Source: Squalus acanthias (taxonomy: Eukaryota). Taken from it: a DNA stretch of 64,000 nucleotides. The notes beneath the pieces are model-generated. The model saw only the letters and a program-made list of their open reading frames with translations. It did no database searches and was not told the origin of the DNA. The DNA lies in contig CM059432.1 of assembly GCA_030390025.1 (NCBI GenBank), forward strand, positions 129,024,001 through 129,088,000. Direction: 5' to 3'. Positions within the stretch are counted from its first letter, which is position 1. Each line of letters starts with the position of its first letter. Both the position numbers and the translations under genes were made by a program. Below, one piece after another: positions 51,039 through 62,650 of the stretch.

Positions 51039-51406
51039 GAGTACAGCTGATTTAGTCTTCCGGCTCCTCTTTGACCTGCTTGCTGAGGCAGCTGCACAGC
51101 CTGCAATGCTGAGAATGAAGTTCTGCAGCATCAATGAACCTCCCCTTTAAGAACTGGAAAAAGCCTGTGGCTATGATGACTTGCGATTAGACTGCACGCA
51201 ATATTGGTTCATCCTTTGAGTGTAACGCCAATGAGCTTGGGCTTTAAGACTTGAATTCGCGCTCCAATCATTTCTTTGAGCATTGAGCATGAATTTTGCA
51301 TTCAGTCTAAAGCATTAGCGCCTGGCGCTAATTCTCCAGCTTTTCTAATGATACTGCCCATTCCTGGGCTATAATGAATTTCTAGCCCTACCTCTCTTAC
51401 TCAAAG

Positions 51407-51560
51407 GCCCGAGACGTGCTGCGCTACCTCCCTCCACATGGTGCGGAAGACTTGTGGTGAGGGCCTCCTGCCACTTGTCGGGTAGAGCACTGCCTGCCGT
51501 CTCTCCACAGCGAACACCAACACCTCCAATGCTTGATCGCTGAATCTGCGAGCTCTCTCC
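51407..51560 (-). pseudogene. Isolated fragment of Harbinger Myb/SANT exon 1
   Basis: Aligns to 50865-51018 and 3519-3672; lies outside the TIR. Confidence 0.85.
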
Positions 51561-51905
51561 AAGGCTGCATACTAATAATAACATTTAAATTTTTTATCAA
51601 GAATCTAAAATCAAAAACAATAGGAAAAATTGATGAGAGCCTATAACTTATGGGTAGCGGTCAGTAAATCCTGTAATAATGCAACCCAGGTAACTTTTCT
51701 CATTCTTGTATGTCAATTTGAGAAACTGCAGGTGTCGGTATTTGAAATTCCATACAGTATACCCTTAATTCGAATTATCTGATCATTTAAATTATTTAAC
51801 CAGTAAATTCTCATTGTGAGCTGTGGCATTTAAGTTGCTTAATTTGAATTATCGGTTATTCAAATTTTTTTAGCGCCAAAAACAACTTTGCTTTATCAAG
51901 CGTAT

Positions 51906-52213
51906 CACGGTGGCATAGTGGTTAGCACTGTTGCCTCACAGCGCCAGGGACCAGGGTTCGAATCTGGCCTCGGGTGACTGTCTGTGTGGAGTTTGCACAT
52001 TCTCCCCGTGTCTGCGTGGGTTTCCTCCGGGTGCTCCGGTTTCCTCCCACAGTCCAAAGATGTGCGGGTTAGGTTGATTTGGCTATGATAAAAAATTGAC
52101 CCTTAGTGTTAGGGGGATTAAATACGTGGGGTTACAGGGATAGGGTGGGATATGTGTCGGTGCAGGCTTGATGGGCCGAAATGGCCTCTATCTGCACTGT
52201 GGGGATTCTGTGA
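51906..52213 (+). mobile_element. Full-length HE1-type V-SINE
   Basis: A box TGGCATAGTGG, B box GGTTCGAATC, V-domain gtgggtttcctccgggtgctccggtttcctccca, CR1-type tail. Confidence 0.88.
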
Positions 52214-52838
52214 AGAGTAGACTGTAGTTGTGAATATATCACAAGATGCCGTACGATTCCAGGTGGTCACAAGTACTGTAGGAGTTCAAGAATTGGGTAT
52301 TCAGGATATGCTGCATTTCATAAGATTAATAGTTTGTGTAGATCATACAAAAAGGATCCTGTTCTCTAATCCTGTTAAGTATAGATCCAAAAATAGGATA
52401 TTTCTTTGCTTTGCACAGTCTTGTAACCGTGAATTTAATTAGAATTGGGTGCACTATAAATATATGTTGCTGATTGTGAGAACACATTGGCCAATAAGAA
52501 TGGAGACAGTTGATTGTTTTTGATTATTTTCATTGAAGAACAACTGTGCCAACAGGATAAGGGTTGGACATTAGGTTGCCTAAAACAACACCTGTCCTTG
52601 TGCACACAAAGTTACATTACGTAAGCTGCTAAAACATGACAGGATATGAAGAAACAAACAATCAGAAAGCTAAGCTGATGAAGGGAGGAGTTGATGGCAG
52701 AGGATGTGATTCTGCATTAACACTTGATAGTGCTTGCTATGTGTTGACAACTAACTGTGGGCCAAAGTTATTGGAATGATAGAGCTATTTTATTCTGAAT
52801 AGCAAATCGTGTTATCAGGGTCTGACTGTCTCTCTTTA

Positions 52839-53340
52839 TGATGCGGAGATGGACTGGGGTGGACAAAAGTGAGAAGTCGCACAACACCAGGTTATAGTCC
52901 AACAGTTTTATTTGAAATCACAAGCTTTCGGAGCTGCTGCTCCTTCGTCAGGTGAAGTGAAGAAATACAAATCGGCACATCATATATAGACAGAGAACAA
53001 TGTCTGTGCAGCGTACAATGTCAGACGACTACAGTTAATCTTTCTGACTGCCTTTTATCACACCTCGGCAGAGAGACAATCAGATCAGTCAGGAAGACAT
53101 TATATCAAAAACATAGCAAAATACAACTAAGACAATGAGGTGGGGTCACAGGGGGTCTAATGTGTCAAATGCTGCAGTCTGTATGGAAAACCATAAACTT
53201 TAAACTTTTTACTTTTTTTACTGGAAATCACATCTGTGAACAAGCCAATGACGACTCGAGTCTGGATGACTCTACGTCAGGTGGGGTTACATGTAGCGTG
53301 ACATGAACCCAAGACCTGGTGTTGTGCGACTTCTCACTTT
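52839..53340 (-). mobile_element. Penelope-like fragment with inverted terminal segment
   Basis: Homologous to 46488-46957; TGTCTCTCTTTA on both sides (52827-52838, 53341-53352); 53315-53344 is the reverse complement of 52862-52891. Confidence 0.8.
52918..52955 (-). ncRNA. Minimal type-I hammerhead ribozyme motif
   Basis: UCAC-CUGACGA-A-GGAGC-AGCA-GCUCC-GAAA-GCUU-GUGA; helices I and II fully paired. Confidence 0.7.
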
Positions 53341-53741
53341 TGTCTCTCTTTAGACACACGAGCAATCCTGTTGAGCCTTTGTGAGGATATGTGTGACTAA
53401 ATATTTGATCAAATAATGTCTTTTGAGCTCCACCTACTGCTAAGCTAGTGGGTAAAGGCACTAACTTGTGAAGCACTAGATTATAGGACCCAAGTTCAAT
53501 TCCTACACTAACTGATTTCAGCGTGGACAGCAGTGGAGGTACTATAGTTGGCCCCAATGTGCTTGTGTTAGGGAGAGGAAAAATCAGTCAGGACTACCAT
53601 TCCTGTTACTATCCTGTTGATCTCTGGATGCAGTGATGCCATAAAGCATGCCTGCCACATATGAAGAAGAGCCACACAGACTAAATACTGGTGGGTTGCT
53701 GGTGCCCACGGAACTATACCTCAGCAAGAGTTAGAGACTAC

Positions 53742-54607
53742 GGCCACGATTTTGCAACTGGATACGGCTTGGGAGCGGGTCAGCTTGTTTCCAGGTTCCA
53801 GTCCCGCCCCCAACTGTATCCGGCCAATGGACGTGATTTTACATTGATTGGCCTTGTTAAGCCCACCTTATGGGCTTGCCAGCCAGTTAAAAAGAAGGTG
53901 GTCAGATGACATCATTTGATAACGCGTCATCTGCCGGTTTTCTTAAAGGGACCACGCACAATTTTTTTTTGACAGCTCATTTCTCAGTGTTTGACAGCAT
54001 TGAGGTGCTGCAATGACTGTTCACAGGTGAGCTCTTGCACCCAGGCTCTCCAGTGACTCCCTCCTTAGGCTAGAACAGATGGCAGCTGCAGGTGAGGTTA
54101 CAGAAGCGATCTGTCACTGGTGAGAAAGGTTCTCCCAATGAGGTGGGAGTAGACAGCCAATTCAAAACCTGTTACCTACAGAAAAGTGTAAATACATTAA
54201 AAATGATTTTCCCAACATTTTCATACCTCTGAAACTCACCAGTGCATAATTGGATCCTTCACACCACTTCTGCAGCTGTCATCAATGCACAAACATTACA
54301 GCAGACTCAGAACACGCCACACTTACCTGGCGTTGTGTCCGGATGTCAGGGAACCCGAGGCAGAAGCGGCAAAATTGTAAAAGAGCCTGTTAACAAGTAT
54401 CAAGTACCCGTTAACAGCCAGGTAAGTGGCTATAATCCTCTTCCCGCCGCTAGGTGTCAGGTCCATGCGCAAATCGGGGACCCGACACTTGGGAAGATTG
54501 ATTGGAGGCGGGTTGACAGCGGGTTTCCTGCCCACTGTCAATCTTTGCCATTTTGACAGCGGTCCCGCCTCCAATCCCGCACTCTGAGGACCGGCAAAAT
54601 TCTGACC
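53742..54607. mobile_element. Harbinger-type non-autonomous element (degraded)
   Basis: GGCCACGATTTTGC / GGTCAGAATTTTGC ends; subterminal sequence resembles 25367-26103. Confidence 0.5.
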
Positions 54608-55439
54608 GAAAGAGAGGAATAAAACTACCAAACAAAAATTAATGTCATTTTTTTCATGGCAACCCTGTTAAGATTTATCATTAAAATGTCTCTCTTCATC
54701 TGTGTGTATATTGCTATGTCTGTGACTGGGATTTATGATCGTCCTATTATAATGTTAAGCATCGTAATTTAATGTAGGCTTAGATCACGAGATGGCAATA
54801 TATTTATTCTTATGTATCAGTTGTGCTTATCTTACTTTGTGGGGAAAATCCTTTGGCAGAGTAGACATCTTGAAGTTTTGTGATGGCACATTTGTATTCC
54901 TAGAATAAAGTGCCATTTCACCTGATGGCAATGACACCAGATGGTAAAGTCTGCAGTTTCAGATAAGAAATGCACTAGGTAAAAGAGAATGCTAAGAATA
55001 TGTGAACTGATGAAACAATTTTGATATAAAGTAATACACTTGTATGATTCATTTATGAGGAATGAAGTGAACACTTCGTACAGCTCTAACTTTACTGTGC
55101 AATAAAAGTCAAAATCAATATGCAAAGCTCAGAATTCAGTATGAAGGTTAGCAATATATATCATAAATGACAAACTTTATATGTCATTTCACACTTAGTT
55201 AAATTTATGAATAAATAAAAGAATACTTGCACTTATATATGTCCTAATGCATAAAAAATCTCAAACCTCTTCACACTTTTAATTTCTTTTTGACCTGCAA
55301 TGACTTGTGTTGTGCAGGCAGATTGATTAACTGATTTTACAATGTGATTTCCACTTTAACCAACTGGAGTCCAGAGGAGCAGCCTAATAAAGCAGATCAT
55401 GGCTCCCGGTTGGGTATATTCAATGAATGGAAATGAAGT

Positions 55440-56165
55440 GCAGGGTTTAAAAGAAATGTTGACAAGTGGCAGGTAACATTTAAGCCACATAAATGCCAGG
55501 TAGTGACCATTTTTGCATGAGAAGCCCAACAATCCACTTGACCTTCAACAGCACCACCACTGCCAAGTCCCCCACCATCGACCTCTTGGAGATCACCACT
55601 GACCAGATGCTTAATTGGAGCAGTCATATCAACACCATGGCTACAAAAGACAGGGCAGAGGCTGAGTACTCAGAGATGAATGGTTCACTTCCTGGCCTCT
55701 CAAAGCCTCTTCACCATTTACAAGGCTCCAGTCAAGAGTGCAATGGAATAATCACCTGGATGGGTACAGGTGGAACAACGCTTCAAGAAGCTCAACACCG
55801 TTCAAGACAGAGAATTTCGCTTGACTGGCACCCCTGCTGCTGGACTCAATATCCTACCTCCATCACCAGTGTGTTAGGGCTGTAGGATGTATGATCTACA
55901 GGAGCAGAAATGGGGTGGAAGCACCATCATCTCTACGTTCTCCTCCAAGTCACTTGCCAACCTAACCTGCCCATATATTGCCAATCATTCATTGTCACTG
56001 GGTCAATATCCTGGAATTTCCTTCTTAACACCACTGTAGTAGTACCATAACCACTAGGACTACAGTGGTTTAAGGTGAAGGCCCACAACCACCTTCTCAA
56101 AGCAACTAGGGGTGGGTAATAAATGCAGGCTTGCCAGTGTGACACACATCCCGAGAACAAGTATA
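55440..56165 (+). mobile_element. Older 3' fragment of the second CR1-group LINE family
   Basis: DQMLNWSSHINTMAT motif; colinear with 43103-43788. Confidence 0.7.
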
Positions 56166-58479
56166 TAAAAAAGTTGAGGTTGTAATAAAAAAAATCATTT
56201 GTGGATATTGCATATGCAAGTGCATTTGATCAGTTGGTGGGCACTAATATTTCAATAGTTTTGATCTCACGATCACCAAAAGATCAACCTGTATTTGTTA
56301 CTTCATATTGGATATTCCTGTAATGTTGAATCCTGTTTTTGTTTGCTACCTTGAGTTTAATCACGCTGGGTGTTAACCTATTCTCCAAAAAAAGAAAGAT
56401 ATGGACCGCAGGTCATAAATGCGTAAGATCATTCTCAGATATTGAGGTTATTTCCTTTTCATGGAAGAGGCTTGCTGATGTCTTCCCAGTGTGCTGAACA
56501 GATTACCTGCAGAACCTGAACAAATTGCATTTTGTGATCCAGAGGATCCACAAGATATTAAAGAAAAAAACAACACTGTGGAAGAATAATCCAGAAAACT
56601 ATGAGCCAAACACTCTGGAGGGTAAGATGTAACATGTTATAGATTTCCAAACTGTACACGTTACAGGATGGAAAAAGAAAGTTGATGGAATCGCTAAAAT
56701 AGAAACGGGTCTGTCAAATGATCAGGTCAATAATACAAATGATGGAACAATGGTTTTGTTCTTTGAAACACATATGCACACAGTGTAGTTGCCTTCACTA
56801 CATATATATGTGTAGATAGGAATATAAAGGCAAACAACTTGTCTCTGCGCATGTATACATTCATTTTCATCATGCTGGATGATAGGTGAACAGTGAAATA
56901 CTTCTCAATTTCATCAAATAAATTACCATATTTTCTTTAGTTAAAAGTATTGCACGAAGTAAAAAATATATCGTTTTGTACAGTTTCCTTAAATGTTTAA
57001 CTGAGATTGGCTGCAGAATATGGCTGAAACCATAACAGGAGAAATTACATTTCAAATTGAATCCAAGTCAGCGGAGACGCTGGTAGACTAATGCCCTGTA
57101 AGCTTTATCTTTTTGCAACTCAACCGCACCAATTCTTGGTTTGCCAGCATCCTATAATAACTCCTTGAATAATGTTATTAAAGTAATTGATGGAAATATT
57201 CAGTGGCGATATGCAGAGTTACTGAATTTTTAATAATACTTATCTTTCCGTTTAATTACTGGGGAAGCTTGGCCACCTAATAAAATGTGTTTCATATTGA
57301 GTTATGTCTGTATGAAGCACTTAATTAAAATAAGTAGAAATTATTATCCCCTGGGATCGTAAGCCTGCAGTTGGGTGTATAGTTGCAGTTGGTCAACTGG
57401 AATTTAAGTTGCCAATTTGCTGCAGCAAATAATTCCTTAATGTTGTGAAAGCCTTATATTTATTCCAATCAGACTGTGTGCCAAAGTATTAAATATTAAC
57501 CAAAAATAAGGGTACATTTATCTTTCCTGCCTTCAACTTTTATTCAAAGAATGACCTGGAGGGTTATAGTAACTCCTGATGGATCTGCAATTCAAACAAC
57601 AAGCACAGCAAAGAGGCCATCTTTGTTTCATCACTGCAGCTCAAACAAATACAAGATTCTTAGGCATATAAAACAAGTCTTTATGTGGCAAATAAAGTTG
57701 TTAAACACAACTGAACTCTTCCAGCACCCAGAACAAGTAATACCTTTCACTTCTGTCAAATACTAAGCCAGCACTGACTGGAACAACATCCAAATGTTCC
57801 ACAGATCTCCTACATACACCAATAAGGTTTACAAAGAATTGTAGATGTCTGCAAAAAAAAATAATGAATTCCTTTCAACACACAGCCGGTCAAAATTGCA
57901 TAAATCTGACAACACCTCTTCCAATGTCCTTAATAGAACCTTTCCCAAAATTTACAGCTGTTATTTACGAGGCAAATGGGTATACAGTCAAAATGAGACA
58001 TGAACTGAACTCAAAACCCAAATTAGGCTCCTTCAACTTTCTGCACAAATGTCCAAATCACATGCACTGGGCTCCCATTTCAGGTTTGGTGTAACTTGCT
58101 CCTTTAAAATAACTGGCAGTATGCATGTAGACTAGGATTACATTTCCATCTGCACGCACCCCACCGCTACGTTACATCACTTGCCATAAGTTACCCCACA
58201 TAAGTGATGCAACAGTTTTATTTGAGTCATCAGGCAGAATATATGGGTGATCAATAATGATGAAGGGGTGGGCTAGCAGGGGATTGAAGCCACCACCCTT
58301 GCCCCAACAGTTTAATTCATTTCTCTAAACAGGCAGGGAAAGAAACCCATTACACTTCTCATCACATTTGTGCTGGTTCTAAGTGCAAATTCCAGTTTTT
58401 CTGAAATCAGAATATTATAGAAGGGTTGTAGATGTCTGATCCCTGGTGATTTGGAAGAAAATGGTCATATTGCTCTGGT

Positions 58480-58672
58480 ATTCTCTCCCTAAAACTCTGC
58501 ACCTTTCAACCTCTCTCTCCCCTCCTTTAAGACGCTCCTTAAAACCAACCTCACCTGTTCTAATATCTCCTTACGTGGCTTGTTGTCAAATTTTGATTGA
58601 TCACGCACCTGTGCAGCACCTTGGGACGTGTTACTGCGTTAAAGCTGCTGCATAAATACAACTTGTTGTTGT
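58480..58672 (+). mobile_element. L2 3' tail fragment
   Basis: Matches 24320-24510. Confidence 0.6.
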
Positions 58673-58761
58673 ATTGTTATATCTTAAAATTCAGTTTGGT
58701 GAGTTCTGATGTATGTTCAATATGAGCCAGCTGAAGGAGGAGTGCAACTACCAAAAACATT

Positions 58762-60572
58762 GGCCGAGAAATTCGACTCGCTTCCAAGCTGGGTGCTAAG
58801 TTGGCGGAGCGAAGACTCTCTGACTCTCTGAGGCCAAATTCGGCTTCGGACCTCATTGAAATGCTGTCAGTGAGCTCTGGGCACCAAAGGTCCACCCTAC
58901 TGTAGCTCACCAGTTGGGCAAGGCAGAAATCATCTATCTCTCAATCTGAACTGATTGGCAGATTGGGTCTGGAGGGGGAGGGGGGTAGGCGATCCCGAGG
59001 GGGTGGGGAGCGAGGGTTGAACCCGCTGGCAGTGGGCCGGAGATTTTTTTGTGCACCCAGGAAGAGCACTCTGGCTTCTCCTGGGCCCACAAAAAATTGC
59101 TGGTCTTTTATTGAGCGGCCCTCCGGACACTTAACTCCACAAATCATAGACCTGACCTCGGTCAAGTACTTTGGCTTTGTAATGGGAGCTAGAGGGAAAG
59201 AGCTAGAAAGAAATAACACACTCATGAGCTTCCTGAAAATCGAAAGGTACACAGCCTTCTCGAAGAAAATATCTAGGCTTACAATAGCACTCACCCTGGA
59301 AATATTGCAACTATTCAGCGATACGTAACCCGATACAATGTCTGCACCAACGGTTAGAGATCAATACCTGCACTAACCGAGTCACCAAAACACATCACGT
59401 GATGAAATGGGTAATAACGGCAAACCTAAACAGCGTCTACCCAGCTCGAATTCAGGGTAGAACCCAACGCTTAAGGACAAAATCTGGTATTCTGACACCC
59501 TTGAAGGCATACGAAGCCCTGAGACACTGTACCCCCTGCCAACAACAGGCCCTGCCCACTCCATTCCCCCCCGCCAACGCCCCGAGACACTGTACCCCCC
59601 TGCCAACGACAGGCCCTGCCCACTCCATTCCCCCCCGCCAACGCCCCGAGACACTGTACCCCCTGCCAACGACAGGCCCTGCCCACTCCATTCCCCCCCG
59701 CCAACGCCCCGAGACACTGTACCCCCTGCCAACGACAGGCCCTGCCCACCCCATTCCCCCCCGCCAACGCCCCGAGACACTGTACCCCCTGCCAACGACA
59801 GGCCCTGCCCACCCCATTCCCCCCCGCCAATGCCCCGAGACACTGTACCCCCTGCCAACGACAAGCCCTGCCCACCCCATTCCCCCCCGCCAACGCCCCG
59901 AGACACTGTACCCCCTGCCAACGACAGGCCCTGCCCACCCCATTCCCCCCCGCCAACGCCCCGAGACACTGTACCCCCTGCCAACGACAGGCCCTGCCCA
60001 CCCCATTCCCCCCCCGCCAACGCCCCGAGACACTGTACCCCCTGCCAGCGACAGGCCCTGCCCACCCCATTCCCCCCCCGCCAACGCCCCGAGACACTGT
60101 ACCCCCTGCCAGCGACAGGCCCTGCCCACCCCATTCCCCCCCCGCCAACGCCCCGAGACACTGTACCCCCTGCCAGCGACAGGCCCTGCCCACCCCATTC
60201 CCCCCCGCCAACGCCCCGAGACACTGTACCCCCTGCCAGCGACAGGCCCTGCCCACCCCATTCCCCCCCCGCCAACGCCCCGAGACACTGTACCCCCTGC
60301 CAGCGACAGGCCCTGCCCACCCCATTCCCCCCCGCCAATGCCCCGAGACACTGTACCCCCTGCCAACGACAGGCCCTGCCCACCCCATTCCCCCCCGCCA
60401 ACGCCCCGTGTTTCAGGCGGCGCCCTGGACAACTAAAAGTCACCTGAGCCAATCTGGTGTCCAACACACTTCCGGCGCAGCTCGGGCGTGACAGATCACG
60501 AAGCAGAAGTCAATGGTATAATGCCGATTTTACGCAGGAAAAATAGGCAGCCGTGAGTTGAATTTCTCCCCC
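58762..60572. mobile_element. Harbinger-type MITE carrying cargo and a minisatellite
   Basis: ATT TSD (58759-58761, 60573-60575); TIRs GGCCGAGAAATTCGACTC / GGGGGAGAAATTCAACTC; ends related to 29271-30513. Confidence 0.85.
59521..60407. repeat. Minisatellite, 14 copies of a 63-64 bp C-rich unit
   Basis: Unit GAGACACTGTACCCCCTGCCAACGACAGGCCCTGCCCACCCCATTCCCCCCCGCCAACGCCCC starting at 59521, 59584, 59648, 59711 ... 60345. Confidence 0.97.
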
Positions 60573-62650
60573 ATTGTGTTCACTTTTCTTAACCTTTTGT
60601 TTTGCTTCCAATTTCCTTCATCATTAAGTCTTAAATGTTCACATCACCCAGAATCCTGACATGCGGCTCCAGTAGGGAGATAAGGGGCTAGTTCCTGACT
60701 TTGCGCGATAATGTAAAATCGTTGATAGTGAGTCGGCAGCCCGTTTTACACCTAATCACAATATCCCCTTGATACATTTCTAACCCTAACCCTGAATCCC
60801 ATTTGTTGACAAGAACCTGTGTACAGTAACATAGAAATGCCTGTGAGCATATCAATGTAATGTTTTAACAGAAGCATAAGTTGTCATTTACCTGCTGAAT
60901 GTTACATGTATACTTTGAATTTTGATTATAAAGAACTGTTTTATGTATTTTGAATGAACTGTGATCAAATTGACTTCCAGCAAACTGCTGATCTCTATAC
61001 TGTGATCAAATTGCCACATTACACAACACTTGACTGCAGCTGCAGGTAAGCTGTATTATTGATCCAAAACCAGTGGCTGTAGAGTGGTAAGCACAGCTGG
61101 CAACACCTGACTTATATGTGAGGGGGCAGCCCCTGGCTATGAATTGCAATCTGCCCACCAGGAGAGAGTCCTGTTGCCACAGCACTTTTTCTAATGTTAG
61201 GAGAGCACGGGCAGGAATATCCATAACCTTAAAAAAAGGTTCTGCCGTAAGTTTGTAAAGTGCCCAAGAGGTCCAATGGGCTGCCTGAGCACTTTTAAAA
61301 CCAAGTTTCACACGGTGTCTAGCCCAAGCCCAGATGGTCTCATATTGCTCCAGTTCTATTGTGCTTTAGAGTCCTATCAGGGCTGGACTCCAGAGCTTTG
61401 CATAGACATGAAAGTGGCTATATAACTGAGGCTTTAAATAACCCAGAATCCCAATCCTTTTGATTGTAGTGACAAGCTCCAGTTAGCATAACAACCACAG
61501 AAATTGCTGGAAATAGACAGCAGGTCTATCAGCATTTTTACTGATGAGCCTAGCTCCGTAATGCCAGCATCTTTTTCTTTTCAGATTTCCAGCCTTTGGC
61601 CATTTTTTTTTATATATACTTGACCACCCCGTAATCCAAGCTTCAAAGTTCAATGCAACCATCTGTGTGTATACATAGTGTTACTTTTGCATGCAGTTCA
61701 GTGTTTACACTCAGGAGGTCAAGTAGAAGAATACCATAGAGCACCCAATTCCCACCCCCAGCTGCACGATGGTGTTATGTCTACATCCCACAAATTTAGC
61801 ACAGTTCTCAGACAGTTCAGCTTGTTGGACATGCTTCCATTTTACTTAAAACAATGGATATATCTGTAATAGGAAACAGACTAGAACTTCATTATTCATT
61901 ATGTGGCCATTAAAGGGACCTGATACTTGCTTAAGAGTATCATAGTGTGAGTTTGCGTGTATGTGTGTTGAGGAAATTATTGCTAAGTGTGAACAGGACA
62001 TCACAATAGTGAACACATTATGGCTCTTCAATGAGAATGAAACATGGTCACATTAGTTATTAAGAAGAACTGAACGTTAAATAACCCGTAAACTTTTCCA
62101 GATGGAAAATGACGTAGTTTAAACTATGATTTTTACAGTCCAGAAGTCTGAGAGTAGCAGTCTCAGTGAGGCCTTCTCTACAGCAATTGAAAAATGGGGT
62201 CAGTGGCGCTGGTGACAGAATTCCCAGAGTGGGAACCGAAGAGAGTATTCACATCGGAGTATCTACCCTATCGTGATTTGCTCTGTCTTCCAGTATGAAA
62301 GGGTCTCTGCTATTGCTAGATAGGGATGTGGGGTGAGGGGGAGGTGGGGTAGAGAAGCAGGCTATTCGATCACGTCAAAAATCAGAACATTTATAATTTA
62401 GTAAAAGGTGTATTGATTTGATATGTGCAAAAATGATTGGGAATCACAATTAAAAAAGCCACGATAAAACTGCATCAATTTCCCTAAGTTGTTTTCAGAC
62501 TGAAAGATCAGTGATCACTAGAATGCATCTCGCTCCTTCCCAGGCCCTGAAATTCTTGGGGTTGGGGCAAGGCTTAAATTGGGATTTGCACCTGTATGGT
62601 GGAGAGGAGGGACAGGATCCACCAAGTTTCCAGCTGGTTTCAGGGTGGGT

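Larger units (their letters stand above)
47310..51388 (+). mobile_element. PIF/Harbinger transposon family A, full-length degenerate copy
   Basis: TAC TSD (47307-47309, 51389-51391); TIRs GGGGGGAAAATTC / GGGCTAGAAATTC; convergent transposase and Myb/SANT genes. Confidence 0.95.

Noticed and set aside
51906..51975. tRNA gene
   Set aside because: A/B boxes are followed by a V-SINE body and LINE-type tail, so it is a SINE head; the same applies to about 9490-9570 and 28685-28740.
56512..56626. Possible host exon (CAG|AACCTG...GAGG|GTAAGA, one open frame)
   Set aside because: Weak polypyrimidine tract, unrecognisable peptide and no partner exons; chance match likely.
59521..60407. CRISPR-like array
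   Set aside because: Units are contiguous and near-identical with no unique spacers; no cas genes; eukaryotic context.
59382..60467. Several 200-360 aa ORFs on both strands
   Set aside because: They are read-throughs of a stop-free 63-bp tandem repeat; all frames are open and no domain is recognisable.
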